Sequence record: OQ420740.1
DNA: 64,000 nt
DNA from: Escherichia phage B9-1
Direction: 5' to 3' (one strand)
The position numbers were made by a program, and so were the translations under genes. Of the stretch, positions 8,796 through 18,231 are shown in pieces (the stretch's first letter is position 1; the number at the start of each line of letters is the position of its first letter). Below the pieces are notes generated by a model. It saw only the letters and a list, made by a program, of their open reading frames with translations, did not search any database and was not told the DNA's origin.

Positions 8796-11132
8796 ATGGC
8801 TACAAACAAAATAGTTGCCACAACAGTCAACAAGATTGGCTTTGAGATAGAGAACTCCTCCTACAAAAAAGCTGTAGAGAAAATTCGCAGTATTGGGAGG
8901 GAGTTCAGGAAACTGGGCGAGGATTTTAACTCAGCCAACCCAATGAGTAGATGGCAGGCAGTGGCTGTTAAAACCCAGCAAACAATGCAGCGGGTTGCCA
9001 GGCAGCAATCTCAGGCAAATGCTAAACTGCACAGGGAGAGCGTAACACAAGCCAAGAAAGAGGCTGCAGTAAGGGCTGCAATAGAACGTAGGGAGAACGC
9101 GAGACGTAAACAAGCTGTGGGTAATCTTACCGCTAAAAATCCAGAAATGGCTAGGATGCGTAAGTTCTACCAGCAGCAAGCTAAAGAGGCCAAAAAGGCT
9201 GCCAAATCTGCACCAGTGTCTTACGGCGGGTATAAGGCACCTAAGGCAAGAGTTTTGGCTAATGCCAAATCTTTCAAATATATCCCCGGTAACCCTAACA
9301 TGGGTGGTGTGGCTTCCGACCCTAATCTTGTGAAAGCTCAGACAGCGGCTATGAACCGTTACCATAGGCAGCTAAGAAGGGACAGTAAAGCTGGTATGGA
9401 TAATAGGCTTATGTCGGATCGTGAGGCAAGAAGAACCCACCTCTACAACTCTGCGATAAGACTTTCTGCCAAGTATGGGGCTGGATTCCGTGGAAGCTTG
9501 CCAGGATACTCAGAGTTAGAGTCCAGGTTTGCTCGCGGAGAGATGAAAAAGTCAACCTTTAACGCCCACCTGTCAGCTCTGCAGTCTGGGTTTAAAAGCG
9601 CCACCAGCCAAACGCTTACACTAGGCGATGCCCTGAGAGACTTACGTAGATCTGTTATTAATGCAACAGCTGCGTATACAGCTTTTTCTGGATTTGCTGC
9701 GGTGAACAGATCCGGTCACATGATGGAGGGGGCAAGTGCTGCTCTTACTGCTGTTACTGGAGATCCAAACAAAGCCAACAGTGAAGTTGCGTTTGTCCAG
9801 CAGGAGGCTATGCGTCTTGGTTTTGATCTCAAATCTGGTCTTCAGGGTTATTCTCAGATGGCGGTGAACGCCAAAAATCAGATGACAAACCAAGAGGTCC
9901 ATGAGCTATTCTCTGCATACTCACAGTATGCTGCTGCTTATGGTGCCGATGAGGTAAAATACCAGCGCGGTATTATGGCAATCCAGCAAATGCTTGGTAA
10001 AGGACAGGTAATGTCCGAAGAACTTAAGCAACAACTTGCTGAAGCGTTACCTGGGGCATATGAACCTTTTATCAAGGCCACCAAAGAGGCTTTTGGTCTT
10101 TCTGAACTCTCCATGGATCAGTTCATGGACATGATGAAGAAAGGCGAGGTTAAAACAGCCAAGATCATGAAGTATGTAGCTAAGTACATGAACGAGGCAT
10201 CTGCAGCTGGTTATGAAAGAATGCAGAAGTCTAACGTGCTGGCAGAAAACAGGCTGAAAACCTTCATCGAACTGTCTCGTCAGAAACTGTTCACCCGTTG
10301 GGCTGACGAACTAACAGAGTTCTATTATACACTGATCCGCACTGGTGAGACTTTGCAATTTGTGTGGGATGCCTCTGGTGATTTTGTTAGCGGGTTTGTG
10401 AGAGGTCTTAACTGGGTAGTTGGTGAACTGAACAACACTATAGTCAAGATCCGCATGTTTTTCCTTGAATGGGGGATTAAATGGGGATTCATAACAGCTA
10501 AGACGAAGGAATATTCTGAAGAGCTTCATGACACCTTTAGCTATGCTAAATGGGCAGGGTTTGCTGCTGCCATCATGCTGGTCGTCAACGCACTGACAAA
10601 AGGTTTTGTCATGGCATCCATGCTTGTAAAAACCTTTAAATTCCTTAGTTCTCTAAGAGGTGCAGCTGGAGCAGCAGGTGCAGCCACTGCAGAAGGATCT
10701 GGTGGCGGCGGCGCGGCAGGAAAAGGTGGAGGTGGCCTCAAAACACCTGGTGGTAAAGTTGGCATACTTGGCAAGCTGGGTATTATCGGCACAATATTAA
10801 GTGCCGGAGAGTTATTTAATGACCGTTTCAACCCGCTGAGTGAAAGAAATCAGCAACTGGATACTATCAGCGATATGATTCGCAAAGATATTATATCTGG
10901 AGGTAACGGGTTTGTTGATCCTTTGGACACCTTACCGGGCGGTACTCTTCCGTTGCCGGGTGGCCCTGGTTTTGCTTCTCAATTAAGAACTATGGAAATG
11001 CTCCCTTTAGAGATTAGTGATGGTAAAATCACGATTTCAATAGATGAGGGTGAGTTTAGCAAAATACTTGATGCAAAACTTGAGTGGGAGAACAACAAAG
11101 ATATTAACTTTATGTCAACAGATCTTTGGTAA
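8796..11132 (+). CDS. tail tape measure protein
   Basis: 778 aa after chaperone pair; long helical Q/A/K/R-rich N-terminal half, Gly-rich hydrophobic segment (GAAGAAGAATAEGSGGGGAAGKGGGG), low-expression codon usage. Confidence 0.75.
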   Translation: MATNKIVATTVNKIGFEIENSSYKKAVEKIRSIGREFRKLGEDFNSANPMSRWQAVAVKTQQTMQRVARQQSQANAKLHRESVTQAKKEAAVRAAIERRENARRKQAVGNLTAKNPEMARMRKFYQQQAKEAKKAAKSAPVSYGGYKAPKARVLANAKSFKYIPGNPNMGGVASDPNLVKAQTAAMNRYHRQLRRDSKAGMDNRLMSDREARRTHLYNSAIRLSAKYGAGFRGSLPGYSELESRFARGEMKKSTFNAHLSALQSGFKSATSQTLTLGDALRDLRRSVINATAAYTAFSGFAAVNRSGHMMEGASAALTAVTGDPNKANSEVAFVQQEAMRLGFDLKSGLQGYSQMAVNAKNQMTNQEVHELFSAYSQYAAAYGADEVKYQRGIMAIQQMLGKGQVMSEELKQQLAEALPGAYEPFIKATKEAFGLSELSMDQFMDMMKKGEVKTAKIMKYVAKYMNEASAAGYERMQKSNVLAENRLKTFIELSRQKLFTRWADELTEFYYTLIRTGETLQFVWDASGDFVSGFVRGLNWVVGELNNTIVKIRMFFLEWGIKWGFITAKTKEYSEELHDTFSYAKWAGFAAAIMLVVNALTKGFVMASMLVKTFKFLSSLRGAAGAAGAATAEGSGGGGAAGKGGGGLKTPGGKVGILGKLGIIGTILSAGELFNDRFNPLSERNQQLDTISDMIRKDIISGGNGFVDPLDTLPGGTLPLPGGPGFASQLRTMEMLPLEISDGKITISIDEGEFSKILDAKLEWENNKDINFMSTDLW

Positions 11133-11145
11133 CAAACAGCACATA

Positions 11146-11169
11146 GGGGGCTCCGGCCCCCTTTATTTT
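11146..11169 (+). terminator. rho-independent terminator after tape measure gene
   Basis: Stem GGGGGC / GCCCCC, loop TCCG, then TTTATTTTAT. Confidence 0.7.
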
Positions 11170-11176
11170 ATCGGTG

Positions 11177-11205
11177 TTGTAAAAACGGCTATTTTATGAT
11201 ACAAT
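11177..11205 (+). promoter_or_regulatory. sigma70-like promoter (TTGTAA, 17 bp, TACAAT)
   Basis: -35 at 11177-11182, -10 at 11200-11205; puts transcript start near 11212, so the ORF-track ATG 11212 is unlikely to be translated. Confidence 0.5.
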
Positions 11206-11238
11206 ATCTAGATGGTATCGGAGTGTCCTGGAGAGGTT

Positions 11239-12123
11239 ATGCCAAGCAATATAGTTGATGAAAAAGACCTGTACAAGCCTCAAGAGGTTAAATCTCCAAA
11301 GGCTGAAAAGGCAGAGCAGCAAACTGAAAGCGATGTAAAGTACACTATGTTTGTCAGTGGTCTTAACTACGGTGGTCGTAATACGGAGATGAAGGGTAAA
11401 AACTTTACTAACGATCTTGCCATTATCTTCGATCAGGTTGAGAACTACTCTTTCAAACATTCTGTTGATAAAACTAGTTTTGCAGTGGAAGATAAATCTA
11501 CCCTGTCAGACCACGCTGTAATTAAAGATGGTGTATTTTCTTTTACTGGTAGGGTAAATACATCTCCACATATAATTTATGAGCAAAACTACATTGATAG
11601 AAACACTGACTCTAAAAACCCTGCAGCATCTATGCGACCAGGCACTGCATTGGAGGCTTTGACTGAGATTATCAATAAGCGACAGTTGGTTTCTTTGGTT
11701 ACCGAGGAGAGACTTCTTGAGAACTACATCATAACCAGTCTTTCTGCCAACAAGTCTGTTGGTGAAGGCGCTGCAATGGTGTTTGATGTAGAGCTTACAG
11801 AGTTCCGCACATTCTACTTGAATAAGGTTGTTAATGCAACTGTATACAGCAATCCTAAGAAAGTAGGCAAGACCCAGCAAAAGGGCGCTGTCAACGATTG
11901 TAAGAATGGCAGTAACGTGGGTAACAAAAGGGACACAGGAGCATTTGCAGACACTGCATCCACAAATGCCGCAGAAGAATGGCAGCCATACAAATCTATG
12001 ATGTGGACGGATGAAAACGGTGTTACTCAATCTGCTGCGGATTGGTATTATCAGGAATATGGAAGACCTTCTACCATAGTCCCATCTGAGCAGGGAAACT
12101 ACAACAAAGTTAACGGAAAATAA
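11239..12123 (+). CDS. hypothetical baseplate / distal tail protein
   Basis: ATG 11239 five nt after GGAG (11230-11233); first gene after tape measure, where tail hub-associated proteins are usually encoded. Confidence 0.5.
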   Translation: MPSNIVDEKDLYKPQEVKSPKAEKAEQQTESDVKYTMFVSGLNYGGRNTEMKGKNFTNDLAIIFDQVENYSFKHSVDKTSFAVEDKSTLSDHAVIKDGVFSFTGRVNTSPHIIYEQNYIDRNTDSKNPAASMRPGTALEALTEIINKRQLVSLVTEERLLENYIITSLSANKSVGEGAAMVFDVELTEFRTFYLNKVVNATVYSNPKKVGKTQQKGAVNDCKNGSNVGNKRDTGAFADTASTNAAEEWQPYKSMMWTDENGVTQSAADWYYQEYGRPSTIVPSEQGNYNKVNGK

Positions 12124-12134
12124 GGGGGCGTGCA

Positions 12135-12515
12135 ATGGAGCTTAAAGATTGGTGCATAATCACCTTTGTGTGGGACATTGACGGCTTTCCTGATCAAACC
12201 ATGCGTGTTGTTTTAGACAATGAAACGTATGAAATGCGTATGCAATGGAATGAGAGGGATGAGTCTTGGTGGTTATCCCTTGGTCCGGTAGGTGACAGCC
12301 CTTTAGTAATCAGAAAAGTAACAGCTTGTCAAGATATCTTAGACGGACTGCATTACAGAGACGATTTACCGAAAGGTAGATTGATGGCGCTGTCGTTTAA
12401 AGATGATCAATATTGGGGCAGGGTTGGAAGATACAACCTTGGAGCAAGATCCGAGCTACAGCTTGTATACGGCACCCCAGTTGATCTTTACAAGGAACAG
12501 CAAGGGTTAGAATAA
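12135..12515 (+). CDS. hypothetical tail protein
   Basis: 126-aa ORF with RBS AAGGGGG, stop overlaps next start (TAATG). Confidence 0.5.
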   Translation: MELKDWCIITFVWDIDGFPDQTMRVVLDNETYEMRMQWNERDESWWLSLGPVGDSPLVIRKVTACQDILDGLHYRDDLPKGRLMALSFKDDQYWGRVGRYNLGARSELQLVYGTPVDLYKEQQGLE

Positions 12516-13513
12516 TGGCAGAGTACAGACGTAGAACATGGCGATTATTATTTGGTCGTCCTGTAGAGCATGGCGGTAAATCAAAAACCAATATCCCAAA
12601 ATCTGTTGAAAAGAAAGGAGAGAGTGATTCCGGAGTTTATGAGATTAGCTCGGACACTGGTGCTGCCAATATAGAGTTTGACATACAAAAGGACAATACC
12701 AAAGAGCCAAACAAAGGCTATGTGACAGTTTACAACCTGTCTGACGATACAGTTAACTATCTGGATATGCATCAAGCTGATGCTCTTGCAGTTATGTTTG
12801 AGGCTGGCTATGATAATGAGAACCAGTTGATATTCTCAGGAACTGTAGAGTTTGTTGAGGACAGATGGGAAGGTCCGACCAGAAAAACTAAGTTCATCTT
12901 TGGGGATGGCACTGAGAACATCATTAAGTGCCAAAGCACAAGGTCTTATCAGAAAGGTACACCTCTGAACTCTGTGCTTAATGACCTGCTGAAGGATATG
13001 AACTTGCCAAAAGGCAGGGTTGTTGGTTTTGGAAACCAGACTTTACAATACTCTATGGCTTTCTCTGGGAACACTGCAGAGAACCTCCGCAGGTTTGCAA
13101 GGCTGACAAACTCAACATTCAGCGTTCAGGACGGTGCTCTATATTGGACCAAGGTTGGAAAAAGGTTCAAGGACTCTGTATTTGAAATAAGTGCAGAGTC
13201 TGGGATGCACGGATCACCCACACCTAAAAACCCAGAACCTGCTAAAAAACGAAAAGCTAAAGCTGCTGCGAAAGGTGGCACAAGTAAGAAAAAGAAAAAC
13301 CCGAGAGAGGATGTTGGTCTTACTGTAACCACATGTCTTAACGGGGCTATCCTCCCAGAGTCCACCATTTATCTTAAAAGCAGGCAATACACAGGCTTCT
13401 ATAAGGTGATCACAGTCCATCATAAGGGCACCATAGAAGGCGGTGATTACACTACAGAGCTTGGCCTTGGGGAAACAATAGGTGGAGTTGTTGACAAAAC
13501 TGAGGAGGTATAA
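12515..13513 (+). CDS. baseplate hub-like protein (candidate)
   Basis: 332 aa, lysine-rich internal segment (PAKKRKAKAAAKGGTSKKKKNP), precedes spike-like gene with TAATG coupling; hub call is from position only. Confidence 0.35.
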   Translation: MAEYRRRTWRLLFGRPVEHGGKSKTNIPKSVEKKGESDSGVYEISSDTGAANIEFDIQKDNTKEPNKGYVTVYNLSDDTVNYLDMHQADALAVMFEAGYDNENQLIFSGTVEFVEDRWEGPTRKTKFIFGDGTENIIKCQSTRSYQKGTPLNSVLNDLLKDMNLPKGRVVGFGNQTLQYSMAFSGNTAENLRRFARLTNSTFSVQDGALYWTKVGKRFKDSVFEISAESGMHGSPTPKNPEPAKKRKAKAAAKGGTSKKKKNPREDVGLTVTTCLNGAILPESTIYLKSRQYTGFYKVITVHHKGTIEGGDYTTELGLGETIGGVVDKTEEV

Positions 13514-14190
13514 TGGCAATAAATAGGAAAGATGCTGCTGTAAGATCCTTTATAGAAAAAATAATGAGGGACTACCACACCAGTATCAGGGCCAGAGTTG
13601 TCAGTGTAGATTACAGTATCCCTTCTGCAGCCGTGCAGCCGATAGCTGAAACCACGTTTGATGACGGAGATGTTGAGAGATACCCTCTTATCTATGATGT
13701 TCCAATCCAGGTGATGTCTGCAAACAGTGGGAAGGCAAGGTTAACACTACCAATTAAGGCTGGGGATGTTGTAGGGTTGCAGTTTTCAGAGAGAAATGAA
13801 AACAATAACGATGATCAACAAACTCACGGCCTATTTCCAGGGTGGGCAATAACCTCTGTTCATTCAGACTCGAATGCTTTGCAGATCGATCCTGATAATG
13901 TAGAGTTATGGAATGATAGGGTTTATTTTAAGCTAACACCCTCTGGTGATTTTGAGCTTCAAACACCTGGTGGGACATTACGGTGCGACAGTAGCGGGGA
14001 GTTTTCTTTCACCAACGGGGCTGCCAATTTACGAGCTGCTGTGGATGGAAATATCAGAATGAATGGTGCCACAATAGACCCATCAGGTAGAATTATAACG
14101 GCTGCTGGTGTGGATTTGGACTCATTCTATGCAGAATATAAAGGTCATACCCACTCTTGCCCTGATGGCGAGACAAGTGGACCGCACTAA
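13513..14190 (+). CDS. baseplate central spike, gpV-like (candidate)
   Basis: 225 aa; OB-fold-like segment (LTLPIKAGDVVGLQF) and C-terminal GHTHSCPDGETSGP resembling the His-rich metal-binding apex of P2 gpV-type spikes. Confidence 0.5.
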   Translation: MAINRKDAAVRSFIEKIMRDYHTSIRARVVSVDYSIPSAAVQPIAETTFDDGDVERYPLIYDVPIQVMSANSGKARLTLPIKAGDVVGLQFSERNENNNDDQQTHGLFPGWAITSVHSDSNALQIDPDNVELWNDRVYFKLTPSGDFELQTPGGTLRCDSSGEFSFTNGAANLRAAVDGNIRMNGATIDPSGRIITAAGVDLDSFYAEYKGHTHSCPDGETSGPH

Positions 14191-14202
14191 TAGAGGGCTT
14201 GA

Positions 14203-14919
14203 ATGGCTACGCTTTATAGTGATATATTGATGGACCCACAGACAGGTGATTTGGCGATAGACAAAGGTCTTGAGTTGATAGATTCAAACCAAGTAAGTCT
14301 GCGCCAGCGCCTGTGGATGAGGTTTAATACATGGAAGGGGAGCTGGTACTTTGATGAGTTGTTTGGCTTCCCTTATATGGACTTTCTCAGTAAGAAGGTC
14401 ATGAAGACTGTTCTTGATAACAAGATTATGGAAGTGGCAAGACAAGAGCCAGATGTGCTAAACATCATAAACTTCCAGTCCACTATGGATCGAAGATCGA
14501 GGACATACCAAGCGTTCTTTGAGGTTGTTACCAAGGAGAACGAGATTGTAAGGCTGGCTTTCGTAGGTCTTGATCAGTTTACCTACCCACAGCCTGATGA
14601 CGGGGCAACCTCTCTTTGTGATGATGAAGGTTGGATTAAGTGGGCTAATAAACTGTACTACCTGATCAACTTCAGATTGCCTAGAACTGGAGATGCTACG
14701 TGGTGGAACCAGTATGCTGGTCCTGAGATGGAAAACCCGATCCCTGTAGGTTCTCTGTTGACTCAGGATAAAGATCTGCTGATGACTGATGCAGAACAAA
14801 CCATTAACCGCAATACCTGGACGCTTGCTCCAGATGAGCGCGAATATTCTGGTGTTATTGCTACCTCTAATGATGAGGCTATTGCCAACCAGTCTGGTCG
14901 TGCTATTGATGTTAACTAA
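14203..14919 (+). CDS. baseplate wedge protein, gpW/gp25-like (candidate)
   Basis: 238 aa directly after spike gene; N-terminal segment (GDLAIDKG...SLRQRLWMRFNTWKGSWYFDELFGFPY) resembles W/gp25-type baseplate proteins as recalled. Confidence 0.35.
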   Translation: MATLYSDILMDPQTGDLAIDKGLELIDSNQVSLRQRLWMRFNTWKGSWYFDELFGFPYMDFLSKKVMKTVLDNKIMEVARQEPDVLNIINFQSTMDRRSRTYQAFFEVVTKENEIVRLAFVGLDQFTYPQPDDGATSLCDDEGWIKWANKLYYLINFRLPRTGDATWWNQYAGPEMENPIPVGSLLTQDKDLLMTDAEQTINRNTWTLAPDEREYSGVIATSNDEAIANQSGRAIDVN

Positions 14920-14928
14920 GGAGAAATC

Positions 14929-15597
14929 ATGGCTGTAGCTTATCCTACAATACCAATCCCAGATCTTGAAGATGCAGAAACAGTCTTGAGTGATGACTTC
15001 TTGGTTGTCAACCAGACTGACGGGACAAGAAAGGCTAAGATTGATGATGTTGTCAATGATCTTAGCATTACTAAAATAGTTTATTTCACAGAGGGCGGTT
15101 ATCTTAAGAGCAAGAAGGATTTTGCTTATGATCCGGAAACTAAGCGCTACTACACATGGAATGGAGATTATCCTAAAATAATCCTCCCGGATTCTACTGT
15201 AGAGGGTGCCGGAGGTGTGTCTGCAAAAGCATGGTCTGTTTTTGGAGAGCTTGCTGCAACTTCTTCAGGTAGGATAGTTGATTACGGCTCTATTGGTGGT
15301 CAACTTGACATGGATCTTGACGTTGCAGACACGTTTAAAGTTCGGCTCACTTCAAACACCACAATCTCTTTTGAAAATCAAACAGAAGGGCTCGACGGAG
15401 TGGCAAGAACTATAACTGTATGCATAACGCAGACCTCGGGTGGTAACAAAGTTTATTGGCCTGACAATGTTAAATGGGCCTACGGAAGAGATCCTATCCT
15501 AACATTTACAGCTGGTGCAACAGACATTTTCAAGTTGGAAACATATGATAATGGACTAACTTGGTACGGGGCACTGATCATCGCAGGAGCTATCTAA
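14929..15597 (+). CDS. tail fibre-related protein sharing an N-terminal domain with the 1479-aa fibre
   Basis: N-terminal about 100 aa align by eye with N-terminus of ORF 18232 (DDFLVVNQTDGTRKAKIDDVV vs DDYLVVQQPDLTRRVKIGDVV; FTEGGYLKSKKDFAYDPE vs FKEGGKLNGPMDFAYFEE). Confidence 0.5.
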   Translation: MAVAYPTIPIPDLEDAETVLSDDFLVVNQTDGTRKAKIDDVVNDLSITKIVYFTEGGYLKSKKDFAYDPETKRYYTWNGDYPKIILPDSTVEGAGGVSAKAWSVFGELAATSSGRIVDYGSIGGQLDMDLDVADTFKVRLTSNTTISFENQTEGLDGVARTITVCITQTSGGNKVYWPDNVKWAYGRDPILTFTAGATDIFKLETYDNGLTWYGALIIAGAI

Positions 15598-15598
15598 G

Positions 15599-18196
15599 AT
15601 GCGTATTCAACACAACATTGATAACGTATTTCAGATGATCGAGGGGCACAGGAAGTGCCTCGATAACAACACAGGTATTACCAATCTCCCTACACAGAAC
15701 AAACTGGTAAACCAGGATGGACTTATAGCGTCAGGTTGGTCAGGAAGTAAGATAAACAATGATTGGGCAATGCATGAGTCCCAAGCTGTGTTGATTCTGG
15801 GATACATTGAGGCATACAGGGCATCAAAAAGCGATTTTTATCTAGACAGGGCCAAAGAGGCTTGGGAAGCCTACAACAGTCATCTTCTGGGCGTATATGC
15901 AGTAGAAAGTAAAATGCAAAGATTGTCCCACTACCCGTTATCCACAGATGGGGTTCCATCGCATGGTGGGTTTAAAGATGTGGTTGTGTCTTTTAACAAA
16001 GGTAGAGGAAAAATCCCAGCAGGATCCCCGACATGGGGAGAATACTTGGACAAGGCTTTTCAGGCGTATAACGGTGTTTTAGGAAGAAACACTGTAGACT
16101 CTGATGTTTACGGCGGCACAGATGCTAATCCTAATTGGACAACTTCCGGATTAAGTTGGTGGGTTGAGTGGTATATAGCATGGGATGGTAACCGCTATTG
16201 GGCCAACGGTAGCATAGCCGACAGTGGTCATACGTCTGCAGAGTTCGGCACAATCCAACTGCAAGATAAGGGTGTTACAGGCAACCATAAGGTCACCTAT
16301 TGTGTGAGATTGCCTCAAGAGCAGGGAGGATCGGTGATACCTGCTGGATCCCCTGTAATTGTAAATCCTATAAATGTGGTTGCAGACAATCAAGCCCCAG
16401 AGTTAGACGGGGAAGAGATGTGGTGTGACGCTTGCTATCAACTCTATACCTTGACAGGTGAGGAAAAGTATTACACCGCGTTTAAGCAGTCTTACAACAA
16501 GCTGCTTAATTTCAGTGATATAAATGCCTACGACAAACTGTTTAGAAAAACCACGTTAATTAAGGCACCGTTCACGGATGGTACTTGTCTCGTCGCAGGA
16601 ACAGTTCCTGTCATGAGTAGGGACAGTGACGGGTATATCAATTTTAGAATGAACGCTCGCCAGCCTTGCGAAATAATCCAAAAAGGGACTACATACAAAA
16701 TAGGCAGAGATGCTGAAATTGTTATGAATTTCGGAGGGGAAGGGGTTCTGTTCCAGCCACATTTCATCCTTAATGATGGCAACAATAACAAAAAACAGTA
16801 CAGAATAGGTGTCCCTTTCGGAGGAGCAGAGGTAACAGAAACAGTTGCCAAGGTTACTGATTTTGTAGAGGTGGTTGGTAAAGACGGTAACCCATATCTC
16901 TTGCCAAAAGAGGAAAACATTGCCGTAAGCGGTGGCGCTAGTGTTAGTATGCAGTATGATACCGACATTTACAACCACTCTGACAACTTCACCCGTTGCA
17001 ATATAGTAAAAGGCAAAGTAACTTTCAATTTTGGAAGAGAGATTTCTTTAAACTCAGTAACTTATCGATCAGATGATGAGATGGTAAGGGTCAAATTTCT
17101 TGACAAAGACCGTTGGTTATGGTATGCTGATCTATATGCCACTAATGGACAATGGATAACAGAAACTCTTACTCTGGGAGATTTTAAACTAGACCCTACA
17201 CAACCTCATCACACCGAAGAGGAGATTAAACCTTTCTTTGCTAACACCAAAGGGATCACCTCCGTAGATTTCAGTCTGAGCGACAGGCAGATAGGCAATG
17301 GCTTGTTTGATCTGTATTGCGTCAACACACTGCCGCAATTTTATATTGCTGATAGGGATGCTTACCTGATCTGGTTTAGTGTATGGATGGCAAGCAATAC
17401 AGAATCAACCGCTAAGGTTGGCGATTGTTATGTCAGAAACTACAAGCAAGGTGCATACAGGCACACGCCGGGTGTGTTCCCTGCCGGAAAGGTGATAGAT
17501 AAGGAAAATTATCTCTTAGAGGAAAGGCCAAGTTGGCCCTATCCTGGTATGCAATACCCAGCAGTCTACTGCATGGGTGCAGAAAACATAGACCGCCATA
17601 GATTGTCAAATACAATAGGCTTTCTGTATGACTCTCAAGTCTGGTATAACAATACATTTAAGACAGAGGGTCCAGTTGCCTCACGTTATGTATGGCAGAG
17701 AGGTAATGAAGGGTTGACTGGTTGGTGGGAGATGGTAGATAACTCTAAACTCCAGTCAAGATCTTTTGTTGCTGCGTGCCGCACAATATATGAGCTAAAG
17801 AAACATAAAGAGCCTGTTGATGAAAGACTATTCCTGTTCTGCCAGAAATGGGCATGGTTCCTCAACAGATTCCAGTCATCCCATTCAGGAAATTTGCCTA
17901 CAGACTTTAACACCTCTGGTGGATACTCTTATCAAGATAGAGGAGATAGGATGTGGGTGGTAGGTGAATGGCTTGCAGGTTGCTGCTGGCTAGGTCTGTG
18001 CGGGTATTCAGAAACAATACCTCAAATAGATATTGTTGTAGAAGCCTGTATGAAGCTACTGCAAAAGCACCACTTTATTAATGGGGATAATGTTTTAAAT
18101 GGCTGCTGGGCAGTTTCTGATCCGGTAGGCTATCACTCTGGCGAAATCCTTCGCGGTCTTGGCCTTTATGCTCAATACCGTGGATTGTACCTTTAA
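15599..18196 (+). CDS. large tail-associated protein, candidate polysaccharide-degrading enzyme
   Basis: 865 aa, Trp/Tyr-rich; segments such as AVLILGYIEAYRASKSDFYLDRAKEAW and CDACYQLYTLTGEEKYYTAFKQSY resemble helical-hairpin motifs of (alpha/alpha)6 glycosidase folds; coupled to the upstream adaptor-like ORF. Confidence 0.4.
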   Translation: MRIQHNIDNVFQMIEGHRKCLDNNTGITNLPTQNKLVNQDGLIASGWSGSKINNDWAMHESQAVLILGYIEAYRASKSDFYLDRAKEAWEAYNSHLLGVYAVESKMQRLSHYPLSTDGVPSHGGFKDVVVSFNKGRGKIPAGSPTWGEYLDKAFQAYNGVLGRNTVDSDVYGGTDANPNWTTSGLSWWVEWYIAWDGNRYWANGSIADSGHTSAEFGTIQLQDKGVTGNHKVTYCVRLPQEQGGSVIPAGSPVIVNPINVVADNQAPELDGEEMWCDACYQLYTLTGEEKYYTAFKQSYNKLLNFSDINAYDKLFRKTTLIKAPFTDGTCLVAGTVPVMSRDSDGYINFRMNARQPCEIIQKGTTYKIGRDAEIVMNFGGEGVLFQPHFILNDGNNNKKQYRIGVPFGGAEVTETVAKVTDFVEVVGKDGNPYLLPKEENIAVSGGASVSMQYDTDIYNHSDNFTRCNIVKGKVTFNFGREISLNSVTYRSDDEMVRVKFLDKDRWLWYADLYATNGQWITETLTLGDFKLDPTQPHHTEEEIKPFFANTKGITSVDFSLSDRQIGNGLFDLYCVNTLPQFYIADRDAYLIWFSVWMASNTESTAKVGDCYVRNYKQGAYRHTPGVFPAGKVIDKENYLLEERPSWPYPGMQYPAVYCMGAENIDRHRLSNTIGFLYDSQVWYNNTFKTEGPVASRYVWQRGNEGLTGWWEMVDNSKLQSRSFVAACRTIYELKKHKEPVDERLFLFCQKWAWFLNRFQSSHSGNLPTDFNTSGGYSYQDRGDRMWVVGEWLAGCCWLGLCGYSETIPQIDIVVEACMKLLQKHHFINGDNVLNGCWAVSDPVGYHSGEILRGLGLYAQYRGLYL

Positions 18197-18200
18197 CATA

Positions 18201-18220
18201 GGGGGCTGTTTGCCCCCTTT
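18201..18220 (+). terminator. weak terminator / attenuator hairpin
   Basis: Stem GGGGGC / GCCCCC, loop TGTTT, short T run (TTT) only. Confidence 0.3.
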
Positions 18221-18231
18221 CAGGAGAAAGA

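Noticed and set aside
10541-10831. Minus-strand Pro/Ala-rich ORF opposite the Gly-rich tape measure segment
   Set aside because: Reverse-complement artefact of a GGN-rich coding region; antisense to the tape measure gene.
11212-11238. ORF-track start at 11212 for the first post-TMP gene
   Set aside because: ATG lies at the predicted transcription start of the promoter at 11177-11205 with no RBS; ATG 11239 has GGAG five nt upstream.
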